A stretch of 64,000 bases of DNA. It comes from Chrysomallon squamiferum. Lineage: Eukaryota; Animalia; Mollusca. The DNA is taken from contig CM022676.1 in NCBI GenBank assembly GCA_012295275.1, forward strand, positions 3,906,001-3,970,000. Direction: 5' to 3'. Under the pieces are notes generated by a model. The model worked only from the letters and a program-made list of their open reading frames with translations. It did not search any database and was not told where the DNA came from. This document shows, piece by piece, positions 39,106 to 53,548 of the stretch. The stretch's first letter is position 1; each line of letters opens with the position of its first letter. The translations under genes were made by a program, and so were the position numbers.

Positions 39106-41682
39106 AAAAAAAAAAAAAAAAATACATGTCAAGAAACAATAATATATCTATATCTATATATGTATATATGTATACAAACACACATACACTGACTTAAACA
39201 GGTAAATTTGATGGCACTACTACTGCAACAACTGATAAATTTGTCTATTAAATTTGATTGTACTACTACAACAGCTGGTACTATTACATTTTGTGACACT
39301 ACTACATCAAGTGAAACTATTAAATTTTATGATACTACTACTACTGATAACAAATTTGAGGATACTACTAAAACAACTGATACTATTAAATTTAATGACA
39401 ATACTACCAGAATGTTAGCTTTTTGTACGTGCTGTGGTACTATTGTTACAGAACACATAGTATTACTACTGGAACTACTACTACTACTACCATTTATTAA
39501 CACTGCTTCTACTTCAACAGCTACTGCTATTTTACTAGTATAGCAACTCTATTAGGAAAATAATAATCTTAACAAATAAATATATTCTTACGAATTCAAA
39601 AATTCTTTTCTGCAAGTTTGTAAAAAGTTTAAAACCGCATCAGGACTTTGTAATGTCCCCATATAATTGCATAAATTTTACTGTTTAAAACATTCCTTTG
39701 GAAAAGTTGCTCCATCATATTGATCATACATATGGAGCAATACATGTGTTGCTTGGTTAATGTAGCGTAAGTCTTAAAAGCTTTGATTGCTTTGTGAGTT
39801 TGCTATTGTGAGCAGATTTCAGCTCTGAATTTACCTTCTCTCACAACGGATGTTAAACCAGTTTGGCAAAATTCGCATCAGTAACAGGAAAAAGTATCTT
39901 ATTTTTTGAAATGACGTAATACTTTATGAATATTCAGAAAATGTGCATAGTTCCATTTTGATAATTTTATACTTAATAAGCAGCTCACTATATCTTGTAC
40001 ACACCTTTTATATTTATATGTTATTGCTTATAAAAGTCATTATTTTTTGTTTTCGCTGAGCTATCTCAGTTTGCAAAACACAAGATTTGTCTGTAGATGT
40101 TAGCATTTTCAACCTGCACAGATGTATTGTCAACAAGGCCACATAAAAAAAAATTGTGTTAGTGAAAAATGTCAATTAATAACTTAACATTAGTATTTAA
40201 ATCGGGGAGGGGGGAGGTGTCAAAACCTAAGAATTTCTTGTAGTTTTCAGAAGATAAGTGTTCTTCAGGCTACTTAGAATTTATAATTTTCTCCAAACTA
40301 ATGATTCCCTGTCGATGCTTCTTTTTTTTCTTTATTACTTTTTGTGAACAAACATCTGAAATCAGAAGAAAAAAATTAAAGTATATATATATTATAATAA
40401 TAATCCTCCAGGACCCAAATTCTATGCAATTGCTGACAAGAATCAAGCAATTTATTTTATATGGCCTTATATATATATAAACTATGTAATAAAATTCTTT
40501 AACTGTAATTCAGAATAAAACAATTTAACAGAATTATGTTTACACTTGATCTTTGTTGTTCCCGAAAGAACATTTGTATCGATTATGATATAACAAAATA
40601 AAACCTAATTTGAAGTATGCAGCATAATGGGTTTTTTTCAGACTATTTCTTTGCATCACTATAGGTAAACGTTAAACCCCAATTATTTGGGGACAATACA
40701 CTGCATTTACCTGCTTCCTTACTCCAACATAATACTCTCTATTATATTTTATAGCCAATTTACACCTCACTCCCCACACTCATACTCACATTCTAAACCT
40801 AAATTCAGCTGGATGATATATTAATATTGGTGGCAGAAATGTAATGTTAAATCATATGGCTTTTCATGAACAATTAACAATAAAGTTGACAATGAAATAG
40901 TTGTAAATAACAATAGTCCTTCTTAGGTGTATATGAGATTTTCAAAGAAATAATATTCTGAATAGAAATAAACAGTATCATTTACATTACTTCAAATTGC
41001 TGTGGATCTGGTGACATCAGAGATAGTAGACAAGTCATAATATCGGATTAGTGAAATATGGAAGGGCCAGAAACATATCTGGGTAGATTAATAATGTACT
41101 GTAAATTGAAATAAATGACTGAAAAATAATATTTATAATCATGATATTGAATAATTCAATAATTGATCATATTTATGGCAGACGAGCAGTTAAAAAATAG
41201 TAAATAATTTTCCAATGATTCGGTGTCTATCAGAGTCGATTTCTTTCATGTAATTATTCAGAAGTTACACATTTACTGTATTCAAATACTCAGTTAAATT
41301 AACCTTAAATTCCACAATCATTCTGAGCAACTTTTTTCCAATCGTTACAACAAATAACAAGTAATGCACTTTTGAATAATCTCCCTTTTTCTTTCTATAT
41401 AACTGCGCCATCTACTAAGGGCAGATAACTTGCTATTCCCATCTCTATGAATATCAATTTTAAAAACAAAACAAAATAAAATTGTGTATATGTGTGTGTG
41501 TGTGTGTGTGCGTGTGTGTGCACACCATGCAACATGTACGTATATATGTATGTATGTATACTAGAAAAAATAACAAAAACAAAAAAACAACAACAAACAA
41601 AAAACTAACAACCAAGTTTTGTAATAAAAAATAAGAACAGTGAATTGTCTGATGATGGGAAGAATGGACAGTCGAACTGAAA

Positions 41683-41721
<39 letters not shown>

Positions 41722-42489
41722 AAATAAACAAATAATTAAAATATATATATTTGCACAACATACCATGGATTAGCAAATACACGTTCTTTCTGATCGAAAG
41801 TATGCTAGTCCAACGAAAATTAACACTGTAACATCTCCGAATAATGTTTTTATTTATATATCTGTTTATTTATTTATTTATTTATTATTTTAATACAGTT
41901 ATTCTATGAATTTACCATTAATGCACTTATTCAGTTTGCACTATTAACAGAAAAGAAATGTCTCTAATAACCATTATTTTAATTTTGAGATAATTAAGGA
42001 AACGAGATTGAAAAAACAAGAAAAAAAAAAAAAAAAAAAAAGATGGGCGTTTACCATAAACAGACTGTGGTGTTATAACATGCTCCTGTTAAGCAGAGCA
42101 TATCAGTTCTAAACATGCGCGGGCCGATCCCTTGATGGAACGTGACACTTTGATCTCTGCCACTCAGCAGTCCAAACCACCCCTTCTCTGTACAGTGGGC
42201 CACAGACGGTCACATACCACTGGGCAGCTCATTATTCCCAGGTGATGTGTCAGTCGTCAATCAGACAGAATGACGTCTGCTCTCGTAAATCACACGAACA
42301 GATTAACGCAACCTCCCCAATCGCCCCTCGCACTTGTATAAACAAACTGACGATCAATAACCGAACGCAACTTTTTTTTTGCAAGCAAAAACGTGCAGAT
42401 ATGAACGTATTTTTGTCGAATAGGACTCCATATATACTAAATTAGGTCATAAAGGCTGCCAACAACCAGCTACTGCTTTGTTCGCAGGT

Positions 42490-42586
42490 GCCCGTGACGT
42501 TGTATCACGTGACTGGGTGGGCAGTATCGATAATTGACGCGCGCCATTTTGACGAAGAGTGACAGTGTCTTTAAAGAAAGGTAAGC
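42490..42586 (+). promoter_or_regulatory. Core promoter and non-coding exon 1 of PKNOX
   Basis: CpG-rich patch with E-box TCACGTGAC (about 42505), YY1-type GCGCCATTTT (42541) and donor AAG|GTAAGC after 42580. Next acceptor at 43912. Confidence 0.6.
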
Positions 42587-43035
42587 TGCCAATAACTGAG
42601 CGAGGCTCACGATTTGTTCGTCAATTTCCATTTATCTTGCCAGCTTATTTAGTGACATTCATTAACATAGGCTCATTGTAAATAAACTTTACTATGAGCA
42701 AGCAATTTAGCAGGAGCGATATTTTTATTTTTTTTATTTTTGCCGTTCGTTCTTGTTCGAGATTGAAATCCGCCTCTACACGTCATCTACGTTTTTTATT
42801 TTCGTTTTACGCAAGACTAGATATGTTTAGAGATCCACTTCATGCGAAACATGATGGCGTTTTATATTCCAAAAGCAGTTTTATAAGTTAATGGCTCGTT
42901 CGGTCAGAAAGTGTTCAGAATAAAAAAATGTATGAATAACTTGGAATGGGTTTAGAACTTAACAAAGAAAATTACGATAAACATTTTCCGCATATTTTTT
43001 GTTTTTATTATTTTTTTATTTTATATTTTATTATA

Positions 43036-43078
<43 letters not shown>

Positions 43079-43523
43079 ACTAATAGGTCAAGTAATTCGA
43101 AAACAAAATAAATTTGCATCATCTTGAAGTGAAAAACTGCTAATAACTGAAATGTAATACTAATAAGTAATAGTTATTTGTAAAATAGTCATCTGCTTCA
43201 GAGCATAAATCCTCCAACCTACAGTAACTTGAGTAAAAATATATATATATGAAATAAAATAATAATATTTCAAATTATGAATGATAAATAAATAAATAGC
43301 AACAAAACAATTAATATATATATCAGGTGTGTGTGGGTGTGGTTGGGTGTGCAAGGCAAAAGTAAATAAAAACGTATGCTTCTGATGTTCCTGTGTGTAT
43401 GTGTCTGTGTCTTTGTTTTGGGTCAGTATCATGAGTATGTGTGTGAATGAATGAGTGCATGTGTGCATGGATACATTCTTTTGTGTGTGTGTGTGAGTGT
43501 ATATGTATGCATATATCTGTTCA

Positions 43524-43556
<33 letters not shown>

Positions 43557-43932
43557 GTGTGCATAAAAGCAGCAACATTACAGTAACTAATATATGTAAC
43601 GTTGCCCTATCATTGGTAGATGTAACTTTTATACGGTAGATATAACCCTTATTCTTTTACTTTATAATTTTTACTTCATACTCTTAATTTTGAAACCTAA
43701 TATTTAATTCTTAGTTGAATGTTTAGATATAAACCATTTTAATTTTGTATTTATATTTATAAATTTATACTTGGAATTGTTTAGATTAAAGATGTTGTCT
43801 ATGGTTCAGATTTAAATTGGTGGAAATTTTCTAATTGAATCCACAACATAATAATTTGTAGTTGAACGTTTAAGTTTTATGTTAAAACAAAGAAACTGCT
43901 TGAATTTTGTAGCTGCTGCAACAGTGTTGACG

Positions 43933-44055
43933 ATGTCGGTTGTCTCACAGCCACCCACTTACCAGGAGTCTCACATGTTACAACAAACACAGGCAGCCAC
44001 AACGTGTTCAACGTCCACTGTTGATGTTGCCAGGTACAAATAAAACGTCTCTCTC

Positions 44056-44118
<63 letters not shown>

Positions 44119-44923
44119 TAATGTTTCTCTTTCTATCTGTCTTTCTTGTTATCAACCCATCTGTCTTCATATCTCATTCACTCTTTTCCTGTCTATCATT
44201 TCTCTCTCTCTCTCTCTCTCTCTCAATGTATCTCTTGGTATTTCTTTTTCTATCTCTCTGTCTTTCTTGTTATCAATCCATCTGTCTTCATATCTCATTC
44301 ACTCTTTCTGTCTATCATTTCTCTTATTCTCTCTCTCTCTCAAAACTGCCAACTTCACATCAAAATATATAGCTTTCATTGATGATAATCATTTTCAATA
44401 GTTACACTAAATACTCAATAAATAAATTAAAAAAGGAAAAAATATGTATTTGTTTCATTCTTTCAAGAAACTAAAACATCATTACTAGATTGAGCCTACA
44501 AATAACATCAATTTTCAGCGACTTTCTTATAAATTGCACAATGCAGCGTTTACAAATATTTTTGTTAATCCAGTTTATAATAATAAAAATGATGTTGTTG
44601 TTGGTCTGGCTTTGATAAATAACATAACACAGCATTTTCAAACCATTATTTGTAAATATTTTGTATTTATTGAAAGATGATGATTTTGTTGTGATGGTTT
44701 TGGTTTTTGATAAAGAACATAAGAGAAAATTTTCAAATTGTGACTGATACAGATATGTTTTTGTTAAATCAAAAATGATGTTGTTGATGTTGTTGTTGTT
44801 GTAGTGTTGGTTCGGCGGTCATAACGGTGGCATCTGGCCAGGTTTTATCAGGTGAAACAGACAACGAACAAACAGAAAGTTTTAAACAAGCTATATACAG
44901 GTAAATTACATTCAACCACTTAG

Positions 44924-44966
<43 letters not shown>

Positions 44967-45832
44967 TTATTATTATTATTACTATTATTATTATTATTGT
45001 TATCATTATTATCATTATTATTATTATTATTATTAATATTATTATTTGTTATTATCATTATTGTTATTGTCATCATCATCATCATTATTATTATTATTTT
45101 ATTTTTTTTTATTTATTTTTCTATTCTATTCTATTCTATTCTTTTCTATTCTATTCTTTTCTATTCTATTCTATTTCATTTCATTTCATTTTTTAAGTGA
45201 CTTCTTCTCCTGGTTTTGGGGCATGTGAAAATTAAGTTTCATTAGTTTCATAACAGACCTGTCACTGGTGTTTTGCATCGTTGAAGATCATCCTGTTTAC
45301 ATCGCAGACAGATATACATTAATCACCACTGTCACTATTAAAAACATCTTCCGCAGTGAAAAATAAATTTAAAAAATGTTCACCCACGCACTCTCTGATC
45401 TGCCAGCAAAATCCCCAAATTACACTGCAGTGTCATAACTGAAATTGTTATGGATTGGGGAAAAAAAAAAAAAAAAAAAAACATTATTAAAAAAAGTCAT
45501 CAATGACAAGTGAAAATATGTTAGTGTGATTTAAGAACCTCTTCTAATTGACATAATTTATATATATACTGTTATTACTTTTTGTGTGTGTGTGTTTGTA
45601 TGTGTGTGACTTATTTTTATTTATTTATTTTTGTTTATTTTTGTTTTAATAATTAATGTTTATTTATCTATTTGTTTTATTATTTATTCATTTTTATTTG
45701 TTTATTTGTTTATTTATTTATTTATTTATTTAAATATTTATTTTCTCATTCATTTATTCATTCATTTATTTATTCAATTATTTAAATATTTACTTTTCTT
45801 ATGTTTTTTTGTTTTTTCATTCATTCATTCAT

Positions 45833-45871
<39 letters not shown>

Positions 45872-47924
45872 TTTGTTTGTTTGTTTGTTTATTTATTTGT
45901 TTATTTATTTTCAGACATCCTCTGTTTCCTCTAATGGCACTGTTGTTTGAGAAATGTGAACAGGCCTCTGTCTCAGCAGAGTGTCCAACATCGGACAGTT
46001 TCGATGTGGACATCCAGGCCTTTGTCCACCACCAGGAGTCTGAACACAAACCTTTTTCAGCGAAGATGCAGATTTGAACGGTTTGGTTAGAATAATTTTC
46101 TTTCTTCTCAAGTTAATTTAGAAATGTAGCATACATTCTGCAAAGAAATAATTTTAAAACTTAATTAAGAAATTTAATGTACATTATAGAAATTAAGAAA
46201 TGTATATTATAAAACTTAGTTAAGAAATGTATGTTTTGAAAAGGTATTAACCTGAGATATACTTTAAAACTTAATTTATAAATGTATGTTACTAATATAC
46301 ATTCACCAAAGTTACTTATTAATACTTAGTTTATAGATGTATTTTATTAACATTCACTAACCTAAGCTATACTTTAAAACTTAAGAAATTTATATTATTA
46401 AAATACATTAATTTGAGCTATACTTTAAAACTTAATTCAGAAATGTATATTAAGATATATTAATTTAAGGTACATTTTAAGACTTAATTTTATAAATATA
46501 TATTATTAACAAACATTAACCAAAGGTATATTTTAAAACCTAATTTAGAAATGTATATTATTAAAATTAATTAACCAAAGGTGTATATTTTAAAACTTAA
46601 TTTATAAAAGTATATTATTGACATACCTTAACCAAAGGTACATTTTAAAACCTAATTTAGAAATGTATATAATTAAATATATATGAACCTACAGTATAAT
46701 TTTAGAAGTTCACTAAGAAGTTATGAAAAATAAGAAACGTATATTAAGAACATATTTTTAGCCTAAGACATATTTTGATTTCTTTTTTTTTCTCCTAAAC
46801 GTAAAATTATTTTTTTTCACAGATGGTAAATGCTATTCAGGTATTACGAATACACTTGTTGGAACTGGAAAAAGTCACTGAGCTATGCAAAGACTTCTGC
46901 ACCCGTTACATTGCGTGTTTGAAAGGAAAACTCCACAGTGAAAATCTTCTAAGAATCGACAACCAGTACGATTCCGATTCAGACACCCCCTCCACCCCAG
47001 GACCTGGACCCGCCCCTATGCAGATGTCGCAGGTTGTAGGGTCAGGGGTCGGTGGAAATGTTGTTCTCCAGCAGGCTGTGCCCCAGCCCACGGTTTCTAT
47101 GGCAACGATAAACCAGGGTCAGATCGTGTCTGGCAACACAGTGTATCAGATGGTTCACACACCACAGGGAATTGTGGCTCAGCCTATACAGGTAGTTTGT
47201 ACTTCTAACGATTTACTATTTTTGAATATTATTTTTTTCTTCTTATTATTATTTTTTTTCTTTCTTACTGTCTCAGATACTGTTGTTATTATTATTATTA
47301 TTATAACCATTATTATAATTTCCTTATTATTATAGTTGTTCAGTTTTCTTCTTCTTATTATCTTATTATGCAGATATTAATATTGTTATTATGTTGTTGT
47401 TGTTGTTGTTGTTATTTGTTGTTGTTGTTGTTTCTCAGATACAGACAACACCTGTGGTGCAAACACAGGTGGCACAGAACACAGTGATACACGGGAGCAC
47501 CCCACTGTCACAAATAGGGGTGGTCAGTACTCCACTTCCAAATCAGATGTCACAAACAGGTAATCTTATTTTTATTTCTTTTATTATTTCTTTCTTTTTT
47601 ATTTTATTTATTCATTCAATTATTTATTTATACAGTTATTTATTTTTTTATTTATTTTATTGTTTATTTATTTATTTATTTATTATTGTGATGTTATTTA
47701 AGTAATTTTATGTGAGAGTGTCCACGAAGATTCCTCGCTTTCTTAAATATTTACATACATACATATATACTTACATACATATGTACACATACACACACAC
47801 ACACACACTCATACCAATTTATTTATTTATTTTTTACATTTTTTTTTTTACATTTCTCTGAAGCACCTGGAACTTAAGGTACATTTTATATTTAAATATC
47901 CACTGACATACACACAGACATAGA

Positions 47925-47973
<49 letters not shown>

Positions 47974-50644
47974 CATTGGCTACATTGAGGCAAATGCCTG
48001 GTAGTGAAATTTATTACCTCATTTCAAAAAATCATGCAGCCATGATATATATATATATATATATATTTTTTTTTTTCTTCCAGTCACACCTCAGACTCCT
48101 ACGTCTGCTACAAATCTATCCCAGAATGCAATGGTATTTTTCGATGAAGACGATTCTTCAGGAAAGAAAAAGAACAAAAGAGGAGTTTTACCGAAACAGG
48201 CCACACAAGTGATGAAATCCTGGCTATTCCAGCACATTGTGGTAAAATTAAGTTTACTTTAATCTGTATTTTTTTTTTTCGCTTGGATATGAAGTATTTA
48301 TTATTTTTGCAATCAGTATGCATTAATCTACTAATAGCTAACTTTTTTTCATACAGATATTTTAGCAAATATTTTCTTATTTTTTTTTATGATAAGTCTA
48401 GTAGTAGTGTACTTTATCCATAAAGATATTAACAAATTTTTTTATTTTTTTTTTATCATCAGTGTACTAACTTTCTTTTTTCATGTAAATATTAATATAT
48501 TTTTTGTTATTATTATTATTATTTTTTATTTTTTAATTTTAACAAATATTTTATTTATTTATTTATTTTTATTTTTTTTATTTTTTATTATTATTACTAT
48601 TTTTATGACTGCTTTATCCCTTAGATAGTAAACAAATATTTATTATTCACTGGATAGAACAAACTGAGTACTAAATTATTTTTGTGGTTTTTGTATTTTC
48701 AAGTACATAGTAACTAATATTTTCTTCTTTTTTCATTATGATTGATACACATAAGTCTAGTAGTGAAATACCTATTCCATATAGATATTAACATTTTTTT
48801 CATATATATTTATTTATTGTTTGTAATCAGTGTACCTAAGTGTAGAAAAAACAATTTTTTTTTCATACAGATATTAATATACATTTATTATTTATTAAGA
48901 GTTATTAAGATCAGTTCAGTTCAGTTTAGCTCATTAGTTTTATGAACTTAGTGATGCATCTGTTGGTTGGAACTGGATATTATGATGTAGGTAATAAATT
49001 TTGTTTTTTAATTCTATCATTTCAGCATCCGTACCCTACAGAAGATGAGAAAAGACAAATTGCGGGCAAAACAAATCTTACTCTACTGCAAGTCAATAAC
49101 TGGTAAGCATCAAATAATGATAATGGTATTTCTGACTTTATTATTAACAAAGGTTAGGTGTCACAAATATATTGGGTTTTGTGGGGAGATGTATTGGTGG
49201 GGCTTTTTTTGTTGTTATTGTTGTTGTTTCTTTGTTTTTTTTTGTTATGGGAATTTGTATCGACAAGTGTTATTATCAACCTTTTCATTTCAGAGGGTAA
49301 GTGCAAGATCTGTATTGAGTTCAGTTTTGTTTGTTATTTGAAATGACAAACCCCACACATTACGCAGACAGATAAATTATAGATAGGGCAGGAACACACA
49401 AAGACACATGCCTTCTTTAGTTACACATTTCTTAATTTATTTGTTTGCTTATTTAATGTATCTATTTATTTGTCTATATTATGTATTATATTATGTTTTT
49501 TATTGTTAATATTTATTTAATTTTTTTTTTTTATTCTTTTTTATTTCATTTTATTCCATTTTATTCTCTTCTCTTCTCTTCTAATCTATTCTGTTTCACT
49601 TCACTTCACTTCATTTTACTTCATTTCAAATATCTTATTCACTGATTTATTTAATTACTTCATCAGGTTTATCAATGCCAGGAGAAGAATACTACAACCA
49701 ATGTTAGATGCCAGCAATCCCGATACAACTAAAGTGAAAAGAAGCAAACCCCAAACAAGACCACAGCAAAAATTTTGGCCCGAAAGCATAGCTAATCTAC
49801 AGCCGCAGTTACCTCCCCACATGGAAAGGCAAGATAACTCCGTCGAGGATTCCGAACTGTCAAATTCGTCTCAGAAAGATGTCATGGATGTATCGACAAT
49901 TTCACAGAATCAACAGATACTGTTACCAAGTATGACTCTCACATGTTTTTAACTGTGTTTCTGCTAACGTTACCAGTGTTTGAGTAGTTATTCTGATTTT
50001 CAAAATATATTTACATGTTTACATCTAAAATGTATGGTTAGTATCGATATTAAGAACGGAAAAAAAAAAAAAAAAGACAAAGAAAACTTCATTATTAAGA
50101 TGGGGGAAAAAAAAGGGGGAAATAAGAACTTAAATATTAAGAAGGGTAAAAAAGATAAAAAAGTAACATGGGTATGTAAATATTTTGTTTTGTTTAGCAG
50201 GTAATTTTTGTAAAGTCTTGTTAAAGTGGTTAGTTTTATTTTATTATTATTATATTATGTCATATTGCATTGTATTATACTGTATTACATACACTACCCT
50301 ACCATACCCAACACTACACTATACAACACTATAATACACTACACTACTACCTACACTACACTACTACCCTACCCTACCCTACCCTACCCTACATTATATA
50401 TTATTTCATTTCATCATGCACCTGGGAGTGACTTCAGCCACGATAGCAATATTCGTAAAAACGTATTTTTTTCTCTCTTTCAGTGGTGACAAGCGATGGT
50501 CAGATAATCCAGGTGAACACGACCCTTGGCAACCTCCAGGCTGGATCGATGCCAATTCTAGCTCAGGTTGCCACGACGATGTCTCCGGCCTGCCACAAAG
50601 CAGACGGTGAGGAAACCATTTCCAGTGGATCTGAAGAAGGGTGA
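43933..50644 (+). CDS. PKNOX: PKNOX/Prep TALE-class homeobox transcription factor, about 505 aa
   Basis: Coding exons 43933-44033, 44805-44900, 45915-46085, 46823-47191, 47439-47559, 48084-48241, 49026-49102, 49667-49929, 50484-50644. MEINOX domain [23 protein letters not shown]...[34 protein letters not shown]; homeodomain [35 protein letters not shown]...[18 protein letters not shown]; Prep-type QKFWP motif. Phases are consistent except for one missing T at 46053-46057. Confidence 0.93.
46110..46780. repeat. Degenerate ~55-bp AT-rich tandem repeat filling a PKNOX intron
   Basis: Recurrent ttaaaacttaatttagaaatgtatattatt...taaccaaaggta. Confidence 0.75.
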
Positions 50645-51378
50645 TGTCGCTTATCAGAAATTTCTAGGTTTCTTCAAATTGCAAACTGGTGCCTTGTCAT
50701 CGGTGAGGACAGTGTTGAAGTATATATATACATACATATATATATATATATATCATCATATGTTGAAGTGTATATCCCAGCAGAGAGAAGGATATGTTTG
50801 AAATGTGTCCCAGTAGAGGGAGGGATAGCTTTGAAACATGTTGTTCTCAGTAAGATATATTCTAAATAATACTCGGAGAACAATGTCAGCGTGTGTGTTA
50901 TCATGAAGAAAAAAAAAAAAAAAAAAAAAAGAACAGAATGTCCTCGTTAAAAGAAAAATATCCTTAGTGAGGAGGAAGGCTGAAAATAATAGCTTGACTG
51001 GGAAAGAAGGGAAAATATATAACTTTAGCTTGGAAATGTTGAAAAAATATAGCTTGACTGGGAAGTGCTGAGAAATATCCTCATTGAGCAAAGCTGGAAA
51101 AATGTAACTGGGTAAAAAAATGTTGATGGATATCCTGACTGAGATATGTTGAAAAAAAAATACCCCCATTAAAAGATATATTGAGATGCACTGCCATAGA
51201 AAGGATGCATTGTCTTTCATTGTTGAAAATTATTAAAGGGAAGTGCTTGGGGGATACCCTGACTGAAAAATATCAGCTTTGAAAGAACATTTTAAAATAC
51301 ATCATTGATGAAAACATTTTAAGATAATGTCATCGCAATACATTGAAAAATATCATTAAAATAACACTAACATAGACA

Positions 51379-51584
51379 ATCATTCAAAAGACTTATTTAA
51401 ATATATCATTGTTCAAAGGACTTGTTGAAATGTATCATCATCCAAAGGACATGTTGAAATGTATCATCATCCAAAGGACTTGTTGAAATGTATCATCATC
51501 CAAAGGACTTGTTGAAATGTATCATCATTCAAAGGACTTGTTGAAATGTATCATCATTCAAAGGACATGTTGAAATATATCATC
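51379..51584. repeat. 29-bp minisatellite (CAAAGGACTTGTTGAAATGTATCATCATC) downstream of the PKNOX stop
   Basis: About five near-perfect head-to-tail units plus degenerate flanking units. Confidence 0.9.
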
Positions 51585-52678
51585 AATGAAAAAAAATAAC
51601 AATCATTGACACAGACAATCAATTAAAGGATCTGCTGAAATATATCATTTAAAGAATATATTCACATGTATTATTTAAAGAATTTGTTAAGATTTTATTT
51701 AAATCTATCTATCTATATAAATATAAAATTGAAGTCATCGTTTGAAATATGCCAATCATGAAGACTTTAGGAAAAAAGGAAAACAACTCTAAAAATTTTA
51801 TGGCAGTGTCCACAAATCTTGAAGAAGTTGGAAAAATGGGGGAAAAAAGACATAATCAATCATTGAAATTAATTCGACTATATATATTTTATCCTGCTTT
51901 GATCTTCAGATCATAATCTGTTCACTATTACTGTGGAAATATTAGATATAGTAAAATTGCCAGTACTATGAAAATTTTACAGAATTATTATCTTATGGTT
52001 GCTATGGAAAATGATAGAAGTGCAGTAGTGTAAATGTAGGTTGACAGTTAACCTAAGATATGCACTAGTTTAGAATTAGCATTAAAAAATATACATACTG
52101 TCAAATTATTATTATTTAACAACATTTGTTATAAGTTATACACATCGCTGAAAATGAATTTTTATTTTTTATTTTTTTTAATCTATATACTCAGAATTTG
52201 TTTTGTTATATGTTTTTCCATCACTAATACATAAATGTGTGTAACAGGAAATACTTTCTTCTTATCTATTTCCCTCATCAATTCTTAGAGAACCTAAAAT
52301 TACTTTCTGACATAATTACGAAAAAACAGAACTTTTTTTCCCATTTTTTTTTTGTTTTCTGATGTTCAGATTCAACTTGTACAAGATCAGAAAACAAATT
52401 TTTTGATGTTCATTGTTACATTTATATATATATCTATATATTCCTTGTTCAAAAGTGCAGTACCTAAGAGAATTTATAAGCAAAAACAGCTTGTATGTAT
52501 GCATAATTCTGTCTTTCATATTATATCATAATATATATATATAAATAAATAAAGCCTTACAACATTAATTTTTTATGTATTTTTTTATATTTTATTTTTT
52601 AACTTTATATATTTATTAATTTACTTTTATTAATACAATATAAACTGAATATTGTACACATGATGATGTTACTTTTAA

Positions 52679-52713
<35 letters not shown>

Positions 52714-52954
52714 GTTTTCGTGTGTTCTAGAGGTAAATAATTAATAGAAATATATACCTGATGAGTCTTGATCTCTGCTAACTGGTTAGAAATTTATAAA
52801 ACTCTTTGCCCCACCCTAGAATACCCTACCCCTTGGGCATTTTGGGCGTATCTATAGGCGGAGTAGTCCCTTGTGCTTTTTCTCAGCTGCCATGGATTTC
52901 ATAAAATATGAAATAAATAAATAAAATAAAAATTATATATGTATATAGTTACAG

Positions 52955-52989
<35 letters not shown>

Positions 52990-53137
52990 CTTGAGCTTTA
53001 ATGTTAATGTAACAATATTTTAAATATTAGTGATATATATTCAAAAAAAAAGGTATTTCTCTTTATACACTAAACAGAATCAAGATGGAAATTACATCCA
53101 GAAAGATTAAAAATACAGTGGTAAACTTATCTGTATT

Positions 53138-53350
53138 ATTAGGCTTACTCGCTCATTCCAGGTGGCGCTCCACAACTGCTTGTACTGTCTATGGGATGGT
53201 ATGCATAAAAGATATTTTACTGCTAATTGTGTAAGAGTAGCACATGAAGAGGTTTCTTCTCTCATTATGCAACTGGTCTGTAAACATGAATAATGTCTGA
53301 CACCACATAAGCATAAATAAATTATGTTTATGAAATCTCTTCATTCCATC
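53138..53350 (+). mobile_element. Degenerate SINE-like remnant (3' part)
   Basis: gctccacaactg...ctgtctatgggatgg...ataaaagat...tgctaat...aagagtagcacatgaag...gtttcttctctca...tgtctgacaccacataa resembles, from memory, the body of an abundant gastropod SINE. Not database-verified. Confidence 0.55.
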
Positions 53351-53491
53351 AGAGATTATTATTATATTTATTATTATTATTATTATTTTTTTTTTTTTAT
53401 TATTATTATTTTTTTTTTTGTGATCTCTTAGTCACAATTCAGTCACTGTTTGAGTAAAAAAGAAGAATTCTGACTGGTTGTTCATAGTGTC

Positions 53492-53548
<57 letters not shown>

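Larger units (their letters stand above)
15477..39555 (+). repeat. Tandem segmental duplication array of five TRIM-B units
   Basis: ATGs at 18671, 23381, 28280, 32989 and 37367 (spacings 4710, 4899, 4709, 4378). Intergenic blocks are repeated near-verbatim, e.g. gtgatgggaacctgtttttacca and cacaaacgttcatgcaaata. Confidence 0.95.

Noticed and set aside
51379-51584. CRISPR-like reading of the 29-bp or 33-bp repeats
   Set aside because: Head-to-tail units without unique spacers, no cas genes, eukaryotic context
53155-53170. CTCF-like CCAGGTGGCGC
   Set aside because: Lies within the SINE-like remnant and is probably a decay product
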